Part shown: positions 28,725-44,858 of the stretch, one piece after another
How positions within the stretch are numbered: position 1 is the first letter of the stretch
Layout of the letters: each line of letters begins with the position of its first letter
Assembly (NCBI RefSeq): GCF_009914755.1
Contig: NC_060929.1
Length of the DNA stretch: 64,000 nucleotides
Source: the human T2T-CHM13v2.0 reference genome, Homo sapiens
Direction: 5' to 3' (one strand)
The notes under the pieces: model-generated
The model's input: only the letters and a program-made list of their open reading frames with translations
What the model was told of the DNA's origin: nothing
Databases searched by the model: none
Translations under genes and position numbers: made by a program

Positions 28725-30567
28725 GTAGGATTCTGGGTGGCCACCAGAGTCACCTGGGACCACGTAGAGACCATAGCAGAACAGAGTTCCTTGTTTAATA
28801 TTTGCTGATTTTAAAAAATTGTATTTTAAATATATTATATTATTGTTAATATTTTATTCATAAAAATATATTTTGTGCATAAATTACGTATGTATATATG
28901 TAGTGCATATATATGTAATATGTGTGTACAATTCAAACTACATGCACGTGAAATCTCTAGAGAAATCTACGAATAAGTGATAGAAGTCTGTAAGCCTTTT
29001 TTATTGTAATTACAAAAGTATTCACTCATTCATTCATTCATTTATCCTGAAACCATTGTAGAAACATTTGAAAATACAGATAAGCAAAACAAGGAAAATA
29101 TTACACCACAATATAGATACAATCACTGTCAACAGCTTGAATAACACATTTGATTTATTCATTCTATCACTTTTGAGCATTTACTCCTTGAAGGCCCTGG
29201 GAATAGGACGTGAATAAGTCACAGTCTCTGCTCTCCTGGCAGAGTAATGGGAAGCACCGATACATGGACAGAAAATTAGAAACAATTTGATAACATGCTA
29301 TGTAAAACTACAGCCTCTACCTCTTTATCATGTATGTGGCAGGGTATTCTTGCAACCAAGTTATGGTTACCTAATTCTACTCATTTACATTCTATCTTGT
29401 TGTAAACATCTCATTCAAAACACTCCAGACACACACAATAACATAATCGTGCCTTTCTACATAAATAACCTCTTACAAGATATATTTTTCAAACATTAAT
29501 TACCCTAAGATTTCTTGTGCCTCTCTTTTTCATTAGATGATTCCCCACCATTTGCAATTAATGACAGTTGTACTAAAGTCTACACTACTTTAACTATCTG
29601 TATTCAGTATTTGTTATTCCATAAACATTCACATCTCTCATAGAAACCACAGTTGGAGTTATTTTCATTCTTGACTACTCGTGATAAGTAGATCAAATGT
29701 AAGTATAAAAAGTGGCACTGCTACAATAGCTTAGGCAAGGTGTTTCGTTTTACAAAATGTTTTTATTCCACCACTACCAGAAAGGAGATTTACTTCAGGT
29801 TTTCTCAAACTAGACAACCTCTCTGCCCTCCATATTTTGAGATAATGATCTTTATTATTGCCGTGGAACCTCAGAGCGAGACTCCTAAGGAAGGTCATTC
29901 TACAGCCCAAACAGCAAAGTGTAGACCTAGACTACAGCTAGAGGAAAGTCAGTTCAATTCCACAAATATTTATTATTTACTTTGTGCCAGGCATTAGACA
30001 CACAGCTGGAGGAAGACATAAGGAAGTATCATCGTCTGCCTCTCTCACCCTTTCTGGGAATTTGTAAACTGGGGCACTTACTTCACACACTCATTCATTT
30101 CTTGAGCCCATCCATGTGCCAAGCTGGCCATTGGAGATAAAGTGATGAGTCATTGTTCTTACCTACACTGAGCTGGCAATCTAGTGGAAGAAACAGACAT
30201 ATAAATGGGAAATTATGACAAAGAAACCAAAAGAGAGGATTTGACCCATTCTGGAAGGCTGTGAAATACACAGACTTCTAGGAAATCTCATGGTCTAAAC
30301 TCAGCATATCCAAATTAAACTCAAGATCTTCCTTCCCAAAGCTGTTCTTTTCCTAGTGCTTTCTAGCTCAGTAAATTGTGTAATTTATTCAACGTCATGT
30401 ATTTATTCATGCATGCATGCATTCAATAAACTTATTGGCTGACTACTAAAAGGGAGCCACTGTGTTAGGTGCTAGGGAAAACAAAGATTAACAAAACAGA
30501 CATAGGCCCTGCACACATGAAGTTTATAGTCAGATAGGGTAGACCGACATTAAAGAAATAATAACCT

Positions 30568-30868
<301 letters not shown>

Positions 30869-30940
30869 GGAAGGAAGGAAGGAAGGAAGGAAGGAAGGAA
30901 GGAAGGAAGGAAGGAAGGAAGGAAGGAAGGAAGGAAGGAA
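30869..30940 (+). repeat. (GGAA)18 microsatellite
   Basis: 18 perfect GGAA units counted. Confidence 0.97.
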
Positions 30941-30978
30941 GGATAACCTATAAATGCATAATTGCACATGTGTAAGAG

Positions 30979-31384
30979 CAGGGGCCCCCAACCCCAGGAC
31001 CACCGACCAGTACCAGTCCGTGGCCTGTGAGGAAACGGGCCGCACAGCAGGAGGTGAGAGGTGGGCAAGTGAGCAAACCTTCATCTGTATTTATAGCTGC
31101 TCCCCATGGGTCGCATTACTGCCTGAGCTCCACCTTCTGTCAGATTAGTGGCAGCATTAGATTCTCATAGGAGCGTGAAACCTATTGTGAACTGCGCATG
31201 CAAGGGATCTAAATTAGGTGCTCCTTATGAGAATCTAATGCCTGATAATGTGAGGTGGAGCAGTTTTATCTTGAAACCATTCCCTATCCTCTACCCTCTA
31301 TCCCCACCTCCTACCCCCTGCATCTGAGGAAAAATTGTCTTCCACAAAACCAGTCCCTGGTGCCAAAAAGGTTGGGTACCGCTG
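30979..31384. mobile_element. MER1 (hAT-Charlie) element
   Basis: TIRs caggggcccccaacc / ggttgggtaccgctg; perfect 8-bp TSD tgtaagag at 30971-30978 and 31385-31392. Confidence 0.9.
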
Positions 31385-32462
31385 TGTAAGAGGAAGCTAA
31401 GAAAGGGTATAATGCAGTAACAGATTTAAATTTAAATCAATCCTAATTCCTGAGGAGCATGGAACAGAATGTCAGAGAGATCAGAAGGTCTTTAGTGGAT
31501 GAATATACAGGTTGAACTTGATGAATGGTTTATGGACAAGGAAAGGTGTTTCTAAAATGGCATTAAATTAAAAAAATCACTGTGTCCCATATGGCTTCAT
31601 CTGTGTGAGGTACAGGAACAAAATAATGACAAAATAAATGTATAGTAGTAGAAGTCAGAGTAGTGGTTGCCTCTTAACAGGTGGTGGGAAAGGGCACAAA
31701 GGAACCTTCTGGGTGCTGGGAGGATTCTATACCTTCATCTGAACAGGGATTTCATGGATATATTCAAATGTAAAATTTCTCAAGATTTGTGCACTTTATT
31801 CTATGCATGTGTGTATGTTTTTGGAAAAGTTTTTTAAAAATATGTATGTTTATATGTATGTATGTTTTGTCTTGATAGAAAAGAATCTGGAAAAAATGTG
31901 TTATTCAAGCTGTTGACAGTGATTGTATCTTTATTGTGGTAAAATATTTTCCTTGTTTTGCTTATCTGTATTTTCAAATGTTTCTACAAATTTACATATA
32001 ACCTTTTATAGTAAGAAAAATCTGAACAAAAAGTTGCTTTATGTTTGATGCATTAAAAATTGAATAGGTTCTGAAAGTCTTCAAAATGAGCATAAAATTC
32101 ATTTTTCTTTTTGCAAAGCTAAAAGTGCTTCTCCCTATGGCTTCCATCTTGATTTCTCCATCAGATAAATTTAAATGAAAAGCTTGGACCCTGCTGGTGA
32201 TTAAAAATTAGAAACATTTCAAAGTTTTCCTATTGGATTCCATTGATTCTCCAAATTATGTCTACCCCTCTATGGTCTCAGTGACACAAACACTGCCCTT
32301 TATGGAGAAAGTTCATTTTAGCAAAAAGACTTCCCAAATAAATCAAGCACAAGCTACATTCCTAACACTTTACACCATCTGAGACTCCAAACTGATCTCT
32401 GCTGAGAGCTTTTACTGCCTGAAAATGAGAGTAAATGCTGACCATGAGACTTTCTCTTTCAG

Positions 32463-32558
32463 GACGATATCATCACTGTGATCAGCCGAGTGGATGAGAA
32501 CTGGGCAGAAGGCAAGTTAGGAGATAAAGTAGGCATCTTCCCTATCTTGTTTGTAGAG
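32463..32558 (+). CDS. SH3RF2: SH3RF2 internal coding exon: remainder of second SH3 ([32 protein letters not shown])
   Basis: Acceptor tttctctttcag|GAC and donor GAG|gtacgt; 96 nt = 32 codons; continues the previous exon in frame; too short for the ORF track. Confidence 0.97.
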
Positions 32559-33061
32559 GTACGTGAGTATCAAGTCTACATCTGATTTACGCATACACAG
32601 AAATATTCATGTGCTACAGTGATGCCTGAGAGCAATTCCTATTTGCTATGAGGCTTATTTCAGAACTAACTAAAATCTCTAAAGAAAAGATGCCAGACAA
32701 TAATACCCAATTCTGGCAAGAGTCTGGGGAAATGAGCCTTTTCTATTCTCCTGATGGGAATGTAAATTAGTGAAATCTCTCATATGCAAACTCAAATAAA
32801 CTTATACCAAAAATATTAAAAATGTATGCCTCCTTTGAGTCAATAAGTCCATCTGGGAGTTTATTGTAAGAAAATATTTAAATAAGTATGCAAAGATAGA
32901 TGTACAAAATATTCAAAAATGTTCACCATAATGTTAGGCGATGGTATATAATTATGAAAAAACAGAAATACTCTAAATATTCAACAATAAGGAGTTCATT
33001 TTTTTTAAATTGTGGTGATGAAAAAAGTGTCTCTCTATGGATAATACTATATTATCCATAT

Positions 33062-33137
33062 ATGGAGAATAATATTTATGGAGAATAATATGGAGAATAA
33101 TATTTATGGAGAATAAATAAATGGAGAATAATATTTA
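33062..33137 (+). repeat. Local tandem array of five ATGGAGAATAA(TA) units inside an old L1M fragment
   Basis: Motif read five times with variable spacers. Confidence 0.85.
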
Positions 33138-34547
33138 ATATCATAAAATGTTCAATATTATGGAAAGATTTATGATTCATTGTTAAGTTTTTTAAAAGTT
33201 TAATAGGTATAGAGTTCCAGATTTGCTGGATAAAAGAGTTCTAAAGATCTGTTTCATAACAGTGTGAATATACTTAACACTACTGAACTGTACACTTAAA
33301 AGTGGTTCAGAAGGTAAATTTCATGTTACATGTCTTTTATCACAATAAAAAATAAGTTGGACCATGTGGAACTAGCTTTATAAATATATATGTGTTTATA
33401 TAAATGGATAAAGGACTAGAGAAGGATATGTACCAAAATGTTAACATTTTGTGATAACTAGATGATGAGATTCTAGATGCTTTTCATTTTCTTCTGCCAA
33501 CTTGTATTTCCTAAATCTTCTGAAATTAGCATATATTTATTACTTCTGTTTTTTAAAGAAAAATCTTCTTTAAAAAAAAAAGAAAGAAAACATGCTAGGC
33601 TATGTATAGCTCCAGTATAATATAACCTGTCAGTGCCTAACCTCATTAGCCATGAGCCTCACTTTAGCTTGAAGCAAGTCATTACATATTTAAAAGAGAG
33701 GTTTCATTGTTTAGCTGCATTTACTGGGTGCTTAACATGCATAAAGCATTAAAAATGAGTAGTAGAAAGCTATGAAAGAAGTAAAAGGCGTGCTGTCCAC
33801 CCTGGGGATTGGAGGGTTTGAAACAGAACAGACCACAGTTGAGGAGAAGCAACCAATTCTTCTAGTCATAAGAGCTAAAGCAGGTTCTGAAATGAATGGT
33901 GTACCCAGAGCATTGCACAGCTTTCAGGGTTCTCTGTACCTCCTCTACTCCATCAGTGTTGAAGGAAGGGATGGAGGAAGGGTCCAGAGAGGCTGATCTT
34001 CTTATTGTCTCTACTAAACTCATTCCTAATTCTCATTCCTAATGCCTTTTCTCTTGCTGGGACCCCTTTCAGATACACCACCCAATTCTCTTTACCTGTT
34101 CAAATTTCACTTATTTTATAAGGCTCAGATAGAAACCTACTTTGTCCATAAAATTTCAGCAAGTAGTTAAACCCTCAATGGCCTCTTTCCTCTGAATATC
34201 TGATGAGTGTGTTAGTTGTACTTCACAGGCTAGCCTAACACAGAACAAGCACTCTGTTTAAAAAAAAAAAAAAAAAGCTTAGCAAGTGAATGAATGGAAA
34301 ATAATTGAGAAGGTAGTCAGAGCTCCCAGGGGAAAAAAAAATTTTTAAAGAGCAAACCATTCACTGTGACCCTGTCCTAAACATATGTTTAATTATTCAC
34401 TAATTTTTCATTGAGTGCCTGCTATGCCAGGACCTGTGCCTAGTTCTAAAGACACAAGACAAACATGGGTCCCTACTCTCAGAGACTATAAATTCAGAAA
34501 GTATTCCAGTAATTGCAAGTGTGTTGAATCATGTAAAGACTGAAGTA

Positions 34548-34840
34548 GCCAAGTGTAGTGGCTCATGGCTGTAATCCCAACACATTGGGGGCCAAGGCAG
34601 AAGGATTACTTGAGCCCGAGAGATTGAGACCAGCTTGGGCAACATAGTGAGACTCCCATCTCTACAGAAAATTTAAAAACTAGCCAGGCATGGTGGCCCA
34701 CAATGTTCCCAGCTACTCCGGAGGCTGAGGCAGGAGAATGATTTGAGCCTAGGAGGTCGTGGCTACAGTGAGCCGTGATTGTGCCACTATACTCTAGACT
34801 AGACAACAGAGCAAGACCCTATCTCAAAAAAGAAAAAAAA
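34548..34840 (+). mobile_element. Alu (AluJ-like) inserted into an L2
   Basis: Alu dimer; TSD aaagactgaagtag on both sides. Confidence 0.95.
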
Positions 34841-35113
34841 GACTGAAGTAGTGGAAACTATTAGGGAGTTATGATATGCAACTTACCAGGGCAGAAGGTC
34901 AACAAATGCCACTTATGCCAAGATCTGACAGATAGACAGCATTTTAGATAATGGAGGTAGAATGTGCAAAAGTCCTGCATGATGAGGAAATGTGGTGTAG
35001 CCAGGGGAAAAAGGAAGTACCAGAGCTGGAGCTTAGAGAGTGAAAGAGGAACAAAAAATGAAGCCAGGGAAGTAAATGGAAGACAGATCACAGAGGACTT
35101 CATAAACCATCCT

Positions 35114-35510
35114 GTATAGTCAGGATAGGCTAGGTTATGCCGTGGCAATAAACGGCACCAAAGTCTCAGTGGCTTAACAAAGAAAATGTTATTCCTCACC
35201 TAAATTCCATGTTCAGTGCAGAGTGATGAGGGGCTCTGCTCACATAGTCACTCAGGAACCCAAACTAATAGGGCTGGGCCATCTGGTAGCTGCATCATCT
35301 GGAACATGTGGGCTTCCTAGTTTCCACAGTAGGGACGCATGAAAAAGAGTGAGTTGTATCACCAACTAAATGCCTCGTTTCAGAAGTGACACTTGTCACT
35401 CCCACTCACAGCCCATTAGCCTGAACCAGTCACATAGCCTGATGTGATGTCAAGTCAGCTGAGAAGTATAAGGGAACACGTGAAACACTGGGTATCATTG
35501 CCTCTGCCAT
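35114..35510. mobile_element. MLT1-type MaLR LTR within L2 sequence
   Basis: tgtatagtcaggataggctaggttatgc...aagtctcagtggcttaacaa...ctctgccata. Confidence 0.7.
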
Positions 35511-37027
35511 ATCATAAGAAGTGTGGATTCGACCCAAAAGCCAACAGAAGCCATTGAAAGGTTTTTAAGTGACCAGGTTTGGATTTCTTAAAGACTGCCC
35601 TGGCTGCAGTGGGAGGAACGATTTGAAGAGGAGGGAGAAAAAAGCAGAAAGTAGAGTTAGGAGGCCTCTGCATTGCCCAGTTAGATGACTGTGGATTCGA
35701 CCCATAGGTTCATGGACCTTTCAGGAGGTAGAATCCACAGGACTTTGGGATTGACAGAGGCAGGCGTAGAGGAGAGAAGTGTTCAAGGACAGCCCCACTT
35801 CTTGATTTATAGACATAGGTCAGTGGCAGAGCCATCTGCTGGGTAGGAGTGGAAGTTAGGATGATTCAGTCAGTGGTTGACTCTCCAAGGACAGACGTCA
35901 GCTGCAATTAGTACCTCATTGGACCCATATGAGGTGCTTAAGTATTTATGGAAATGGTTGCCTGGTCTCCTGCATTATCTTGAGATTCTTCTTCATAAGT
36001 CTGGGCTGGGGGGGAAGGCACCAGTCATCTTATTACCCATTTCTGAAACCCATTTCCCAAAACTTCTCCATTTAATGATTATTCATTTGGATACAGTTTC
36101 CTGACACTTCACCTCTAAAATTAGCGAGTACAAGAACCATCAAGATTATCATTAAACTAGCCAGTGCTTCATTTGTTCTCCTAATTGCTCAGAGGGGAAA
36201 AAGATAATTAAGTGGTTGCTCTAATCTGGAAACCTGATTTTCAAAAATTACCTGAAATCTAAATTGTGCTTTTTAAAGCAGCACTTAAATTTTGACTCCA
36301 GTCATTTCATTAAGACTAGCACTTGCTGAGAACTCTTTAAATAAACTTTGAATTACCAGTGCCATGGAAAGCAATTGGAAGGAAGGGAGGCTTTCTTATG
36401 AGCATGATGTGTGTATGTGTGCATGTTTGTGTGTGTTTGGCATAAACAGGATTTTTCTTGTTAATGTATCATTTCACTTATTGAATTGCACCCGCATTAA
36501 AAGGTGATAAAACAAAGGCTGAGCCTATGCTCATTCTTATCAGGACTCCTCCAATGGAGCCTGCCTGGGTTATATGAACTTTGCTCAGCCCAGTGAGCCT
36601 CAACAATATTGTTTCAAATGAGTGGGTGCAAATCTAAGAGACCTGCAATTCTTCCCCAGCAGAGCTATTAATCATGTTGGCAGAGGACAGGGCAGACGCA
36701 GAGTCTCCCGGAGCCCTGTGTCAGTGTTAATGTTAGAAAAGCTGACGGTGGTACTCACCTGGGGACAGAACAATTAGGTGGAAGCAGAAAAAATTAACTT
36801 ATTTCATTATAGCCAAGAATGGCTATATAAAGAACTTTACTCATTCAATTCAGAGTGTATATTGCCCTTTTACTGGGTGAACAATGGAGGGGCAGGTGTC
36901 CTGGGGCCTCTAAGTCATTGTTCCTAGTTCAAGCTGCCATCAGAGCTTGCCTAAACAATTTCAATAACTTCCTAATTGGTCCCCCTATTTCTGTTCTGGC
37001 ACTTCGAAATAGCAGCTGAAACGAGCT

Positions 37028-37612
37028 TTTTATTTCTTTTTTATTTACATACAGTAAAATTTACTCTTTTTAACATCCAGTTCTATAAATTTTAATAAGT
37101 ATGTAAAATTGTTTAACCACACCACAATCAAGACATAGGAGAGTTCCAATAGTCTGCCCTGAAATTTCTCATGCTTCCCCTTTATAGTCAATTTCTTCCC
37201 CAACTCATAAGTGCTGGCAACCACCAATCTGTTTTCTGTTCCTGTAGTTTTCTTTTTCCAGAATGTCATATAAATGGAATCATACAGAATGTAGCTTTTT
37301 GAGTCGGGCTTCTTTCATTTTGCATAAAGCATTTGGGATTACCCATGCTGTTTCATGTATCAGTAGTTCATTCCTTTTTGATGCAGAGTAGTATTCCATT
37401 GTATAGATGTGCCAGAGCTTGTTCATTCACCTCGTGAAAGACACTGGAGTTGTTTTCCAGTTGTTGGCAACTATGCATAAAACTGTTATAAACATTTGCA
37501 TACTGGTTTTTGAGTGGGCACAAGTTTTCATTTCTCTTAGGTGATTACTTAGGAGTGGAATTGATGGGTCAGATGCTAAGTATGTGTTTAACTTTCTAAG
37601 ACACTGCCAAAC
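37028..37612 (-). mobile_element. Old L1M (L1MB-like) 3' fragment
   Basis: ccagaatgtcatataaatggaatcatacag...gtagtattccattgtatagatg; degenerate ORF2 C-terminal peptide in ORF 37427..37636. Confidence 0.8.
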
Positions 37613-38283
37613 AGTAGCATGAGCTTTTAAAAGCATAAATCAGATCTTATCACTCCTCTACCTAAGTCCTGCCAAAGACTTCCTATTATATGTAGAATAA
37701 AATGGAAGCTTCCCAGGCTCTTGTGATCTGGCCCCTGCCTGTCTCTGTGGCCTCTTTTATCACCTTCTCCTTACATGCTCTGTTCCAGCCTTCTCTCTGT
37801 TTCTTTCTTCTGTCTTTTTCTCAAGCAAGCTGAGCTCTTTCCCTCTTTAGGACTTTCAGAGTAGCTTATGGTGCCTCTTCTGGGCATATTCTTACCTCCA
37901 TTTTCACATAGCTAGCTCCTTCTTGACATTTGTTGTTTCAGCTTAAATGCCACCTTCTCGGCAGATCTTCCTCGACCCCCTAATTTAAAGTGGCTGCCTC
38001 CCCCAGTCACTCTCTATCATGTCAGAGCACTTATAACTATATGATGTTTTCTTGTCTAGTTGTTTACATGCTGGCTCTGTAATTTATAAGTCACCCCTTC
38101 CAGGCCTTGGCCTCCTGATTTTTAAAATGGACATAATAATGCTCATTCCCCTACTTAATGAGTTTTTCACAATACTATAAGCTTCTTGAAGCAAGAACCA
38201 TATCTTCTTTAAAATTTTCTTTTTAAGAACTTTATTTATTCCTCAACAAAAGCGACATTCAATAAAATTTTCTATCTCAGCTA

Positions 38284-41077
<2,794 letters not shown>

Positions 41078-41238
41078 CTAAAATTTAAGAGTTATTGCAC
41101 TAACTCTTGTTTGTCAACATGTTTCAGATTTCCAAAGGAAATGAACCCACAGGGGCTGTCAGTGAGTAGGGTACTCAAAATATTATGACATATTGCTTGT
41201 GAGAATGGACCTATACGGTGGGGAAGACAGACATAACA

Positions 41239-41417
41239 CAGTGGTGTACTGGAGTTGGCTGGAACTAGATCACAAGAGCTGGTTGTTATATTTTCAGAAA
41301 TTTTCCCAGCCAGTTGTTTAACCATTGGTGGCTTGAAAAACTCCACAAATCAGGGATCTGTTTTCTTTCTTTCTTGTTACTTTTTTTTTTGACAGCTGAT
41401 TTACCAATACATCACTG
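41239..41417. mobile_element. MER63-like hAT MITE
   Basis: TIRs cagtggtgtactgg / ccaatacatcactg. Confidence 0.7.
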
Positions 41418-42151
41418 ACTAAGAGATATAGAACAAGGAAGAATGGTGATTACATGAACATATTTAAAGGAAGTAGTAAAAGTCAGTCTTAGCATAAGGA
41501 TTCAGGGTCCTGAATGCACTACATTCTGGCTCAAACACTTATGAAATGTATAAACTTGAGCAACTTCATTCACTCACTATTCCACAAACACTAAGCATCT
41601 ACTCTGGGGTACAGGAGAGAATCATGTGTAGAAGGTCCCTGCAACCCAGATAGCTAACGGACTAGTGGGGGAAAGGCAAGTAAAGGATTGCAGTTTGGAG
41701 TGGAAAAATACAATGATTGGGAAGCACAGGGGCTGCTGGGAGCACCAGGAAGGACAAGTGGCCAACCCAGCAGGGGATTCCAGGATGGCTAAAGGAAGAG
41801 GGGAGAAGTCCACTAGGTGAAAACAGCCAGAAATGACTGGGGAAAATGGGTAAAGGAAGAATACTCTCAGCCAGGGAAGAGCATCATGGCTTATTTTTAT
41901 CCCCTTTGGACCTCAGTAAAAGAGTAATACTTACTTTGCAGGAAAGTTATGAGAATGCATTAATAGAGCAAAGTCATGAGGATGCATCGATAAAAGATGG
42001 AAGCTGTTACTGTGCTCACCAAGGAATGAGCATCTGAGCCAGTGACTGAGGAGGTGGCACCTGACCTGGCTTCAGATGTACATGGGTAGGAACTGGCTAC
42101 TCACATTAGATCAGGAAGACAAACTTCTCATTGGACCTTTTGTCTTTTCAG

Positions 42152-42466
42152 CCAAACCTCACCGCAAGACACCTTTTAGAGAAGAACAAAGGTCGCCAGT
42201 CATCCCGCACAAAAAACCTGTCCCTGGTGTCCTCGTCCTCCAGAGGCAACACGTCTACCCTCCGTAGGGGCCCAGGGTCCAGGAGGAAGGTGCCTGGGCA
42301 GTTTTCCATCACAACAGCCTTGAACACTCTCAACCGGATGGTCCATTCTCCTTCAGGGCGCCATATGGTAGAGATCAGCACCCCAGTGCTCATCAGCTCC
42401 AGCAACCCCTCTGTGATCACCCAGCCCATGGAGAAAGCAGACGTTCCTTCCAGCTGTGTGGGACAG
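42152..42466 (+). CDS. SH3RF2: SH3RF2 internal coding exon: Ser-rich linker after SH3-2 ([13 protein letters not shown]...VPSSCVGQ)
   Basis: Acceptor tttgtcttttcag|CCA and donor CAG|gtaggg; 315 nt = 105 codons within ORF 42131..42490; in frame with the preceding exon. Confidence 0.95.
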
Positions 42467-42944
42467 GTAGGGAAGAAACGCCTGGGATGAGGGCACTTTG
42501 GAGTTGGGCAAGTGATTCATACCATGTCACAACCAATATTTGATGTTTAGTACTTGCTAAGCACCCAGAATGCCCTACTAGTAACTAATGCCATATGTAT
42601 TCCATGTTAGAATTGTATAAACCTTTTATTTCATCCTTGAACAGCCTGTGAGTTAGGTGTTATTACTATTATCCCCATTTTACAGTTGAGCGAACTTAGG
42701 TTTAGAGGGGTTAAACAACTTATCCAAATTCTCACAGATACTTTTCTTTCCCTTGCTGAGTGCCATGATATCGTTCCTGTCCCTTAGAGAACTTCCCTCT
42801 AAGGAGATGATGGCACCTATTTTCTCGAGAGTGTTTTGGCATCACAATCTGAGATTCAATATCCCATCCTCTGGCAATGTATTAGACATCAGATGGAAAG
42901 AAAGCAAAAGAAACAAAAAGAAACTATGGGTTATTGAATGTTCT

Positions 42945-43105
42945 CAGGACTGGTTACCTACATTTATAGGACCCAGTCCAAAATGAAAATACAAGTCCTA
43001 TGCTCAAAAATGATCAAGAATTTGAAGATGGGAACAGCAGAGCATTAAACCAAGCAAAGAGCCCTGTGTGGCTATGCAAGGCACAAACCGGTGAAGCCAG
43101 CCCTG
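42945..43105. mobile_element. MER45A-like hAT-Tip100 MITE
   Basis: TIRs caggactggtt / agccagccctg; core cagcagagcattaaaccaagc. Confidence 0.75.
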
Positions 43106-44730
43106 GGTGTTTCCAGATGGAGTACCTAATAAGATAATGCATGTAAAGTGACTAGCACCATGATGCCCACCATATACTAAGCATCCAATAAGTGTTGCCT
43201 CTTAATACTATTGTTAACCCTGGTCACTGTGTTGCCAACTGAAGACGCGTAGGGGTGGTCGTGGCAATCCAGAAGCTGAAGTATTTCTAGCAGCATGTGG
43301 CTATTTAGGTTGAAGGGTACTTTAAAAGATGAAGGAGTGGAGGTATGAGGCAAAGTAATTAAGAAGAGCTGCATGTTGGGTATTCAGCTGAAAACACTCT
43401 TTGGGACCATGCAGGTGGCAACTTGAAAGGACAAAACTCAACTTGTGCTGATGTGTTTTTTCTTTTTTTTAAGGAGCTGTAAATTTTGTTTTTAAACATG
43501 AATTTCTACCTTGGGATTAAAAGGCTTAATTGGACTCTAATCCCTTTTTAACAAGACAAGGAGGAAAGAGAAAGTCAAGGGCTCCTCAAAGACCTGTGTG
43601 CTATTCTGAAAGGAAAACAATCACCTCCTACAACACTTCATATCTTATACCACTGTCTGGGTTGCTAAGAAGTTGGCTGCTCATGTAATTCTGCCCACCA
43701 ACTGCACCACATGCACACGCACACACATACACACTTTCTCTTTCTCCTCCATTTCACTCCCCTTGCTTTAACAGAAACTATAAAACTTTCTACATACACA
43801 CTGCACTTCTTTACAAGTACATATTAATAGATGCTTTATGCCCAAAGTTCTCCTTCACACACACACACACAAACACACACACTCTAAAATGGGAGCCTTG
43901 TGACTCACAATTAAGCCAAAGAGTCACAGAATTTTTTGAAACGATTCTTTATATATAGTCATAGATATATAAAGTGCAGCCCACACTCAGTGGAAATAAG
44001 CTAGCTCACTCAGCTCTAAGTTGGCTTCGCAAAAGATTTAACCAAGAGTCATTTTCTGTGTGCTTTTAAAATTCTTATTCTGGGCATTTATGTCATCTAC
44101 GGAGGCTGGACTAGAGTGGGAGAAGCTTAGTAGGATTCAAAACAAGTATTATTACTTCGTAGTTTTCACAAATAGTGAGAATTCCACAGTATGGCACTGC
44201 ATTCACACAACCGATGACCAGGGAACTACTTCACAGCAGCCTTTTCTCCATTCAGATGGCTGTGGATTATAAGTATTTCTACATGTTTGTCCAAAGGTTG
44301 TAAAAACACACTCGAAATGGCCCACTTATGACATATCTAATGATGAGCAGAAAGTTGAACAAATGGCAAGTTCTTCCCTTTTCTCTAACATTCTTGAGAG
44401 CTGTGGTTGGGTCTGGCTCATCACACTCCCCCTACCTTCCCCACTCCAGCAACCCACATGGTGCCTAGACCCTAGCAGGTGCTCAATAAATCAAGGAATC
44501 AAGACTTTTAACGTAAATATCTGGGCAGGTGGTGGTGACATATACTTAGGGAAGACTTGAGAAAGAATTAATTTCCTAAAGAAAGATTACAGATTAGTGT
44601 AAATCTTCCAGCCAATAAACATCTGTTGAATGCTTGCAATGTGCTAGTAACCATAGTGAGTACTGGAGATTCTACTACCAAAACAAGAAGAGTAATATAA
44701 CCTCAAACTTTACTGAAACTAATATGAGAC

Positions 44731-44858
44731 GGATGGATCTATAGGTAGGTAGGTAAGTAGATGGATGGATGGATGGATGGATGGATGGATGGATGGATGG
44801 ATGGATGGATGGATAGATGATTGATACATAGATAAATAGATAGATAGATAAATAGATA
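44731..44858 (+). repeat. Compound tetranucleotide STR: (GGTA)n, (ATGG)13 at 44761-44812, degenerate (GATA)n
   Basis: Read directly. Confidence 0.93.

Noticed and set aside
28443-28808. ORF-track boundaries 28443..28808 and 42131..42490 as complete CDSs
   Set aside because: The extensions beyond the AG/GT sites are intronic read-through; the exons are shorter.
33062-33137. Repeat-spacer-like pattern as a CRISPR array
   Set aside because: Eukaryotic context, spacers only 0-5 nt and AT-only; this is simple slippage.
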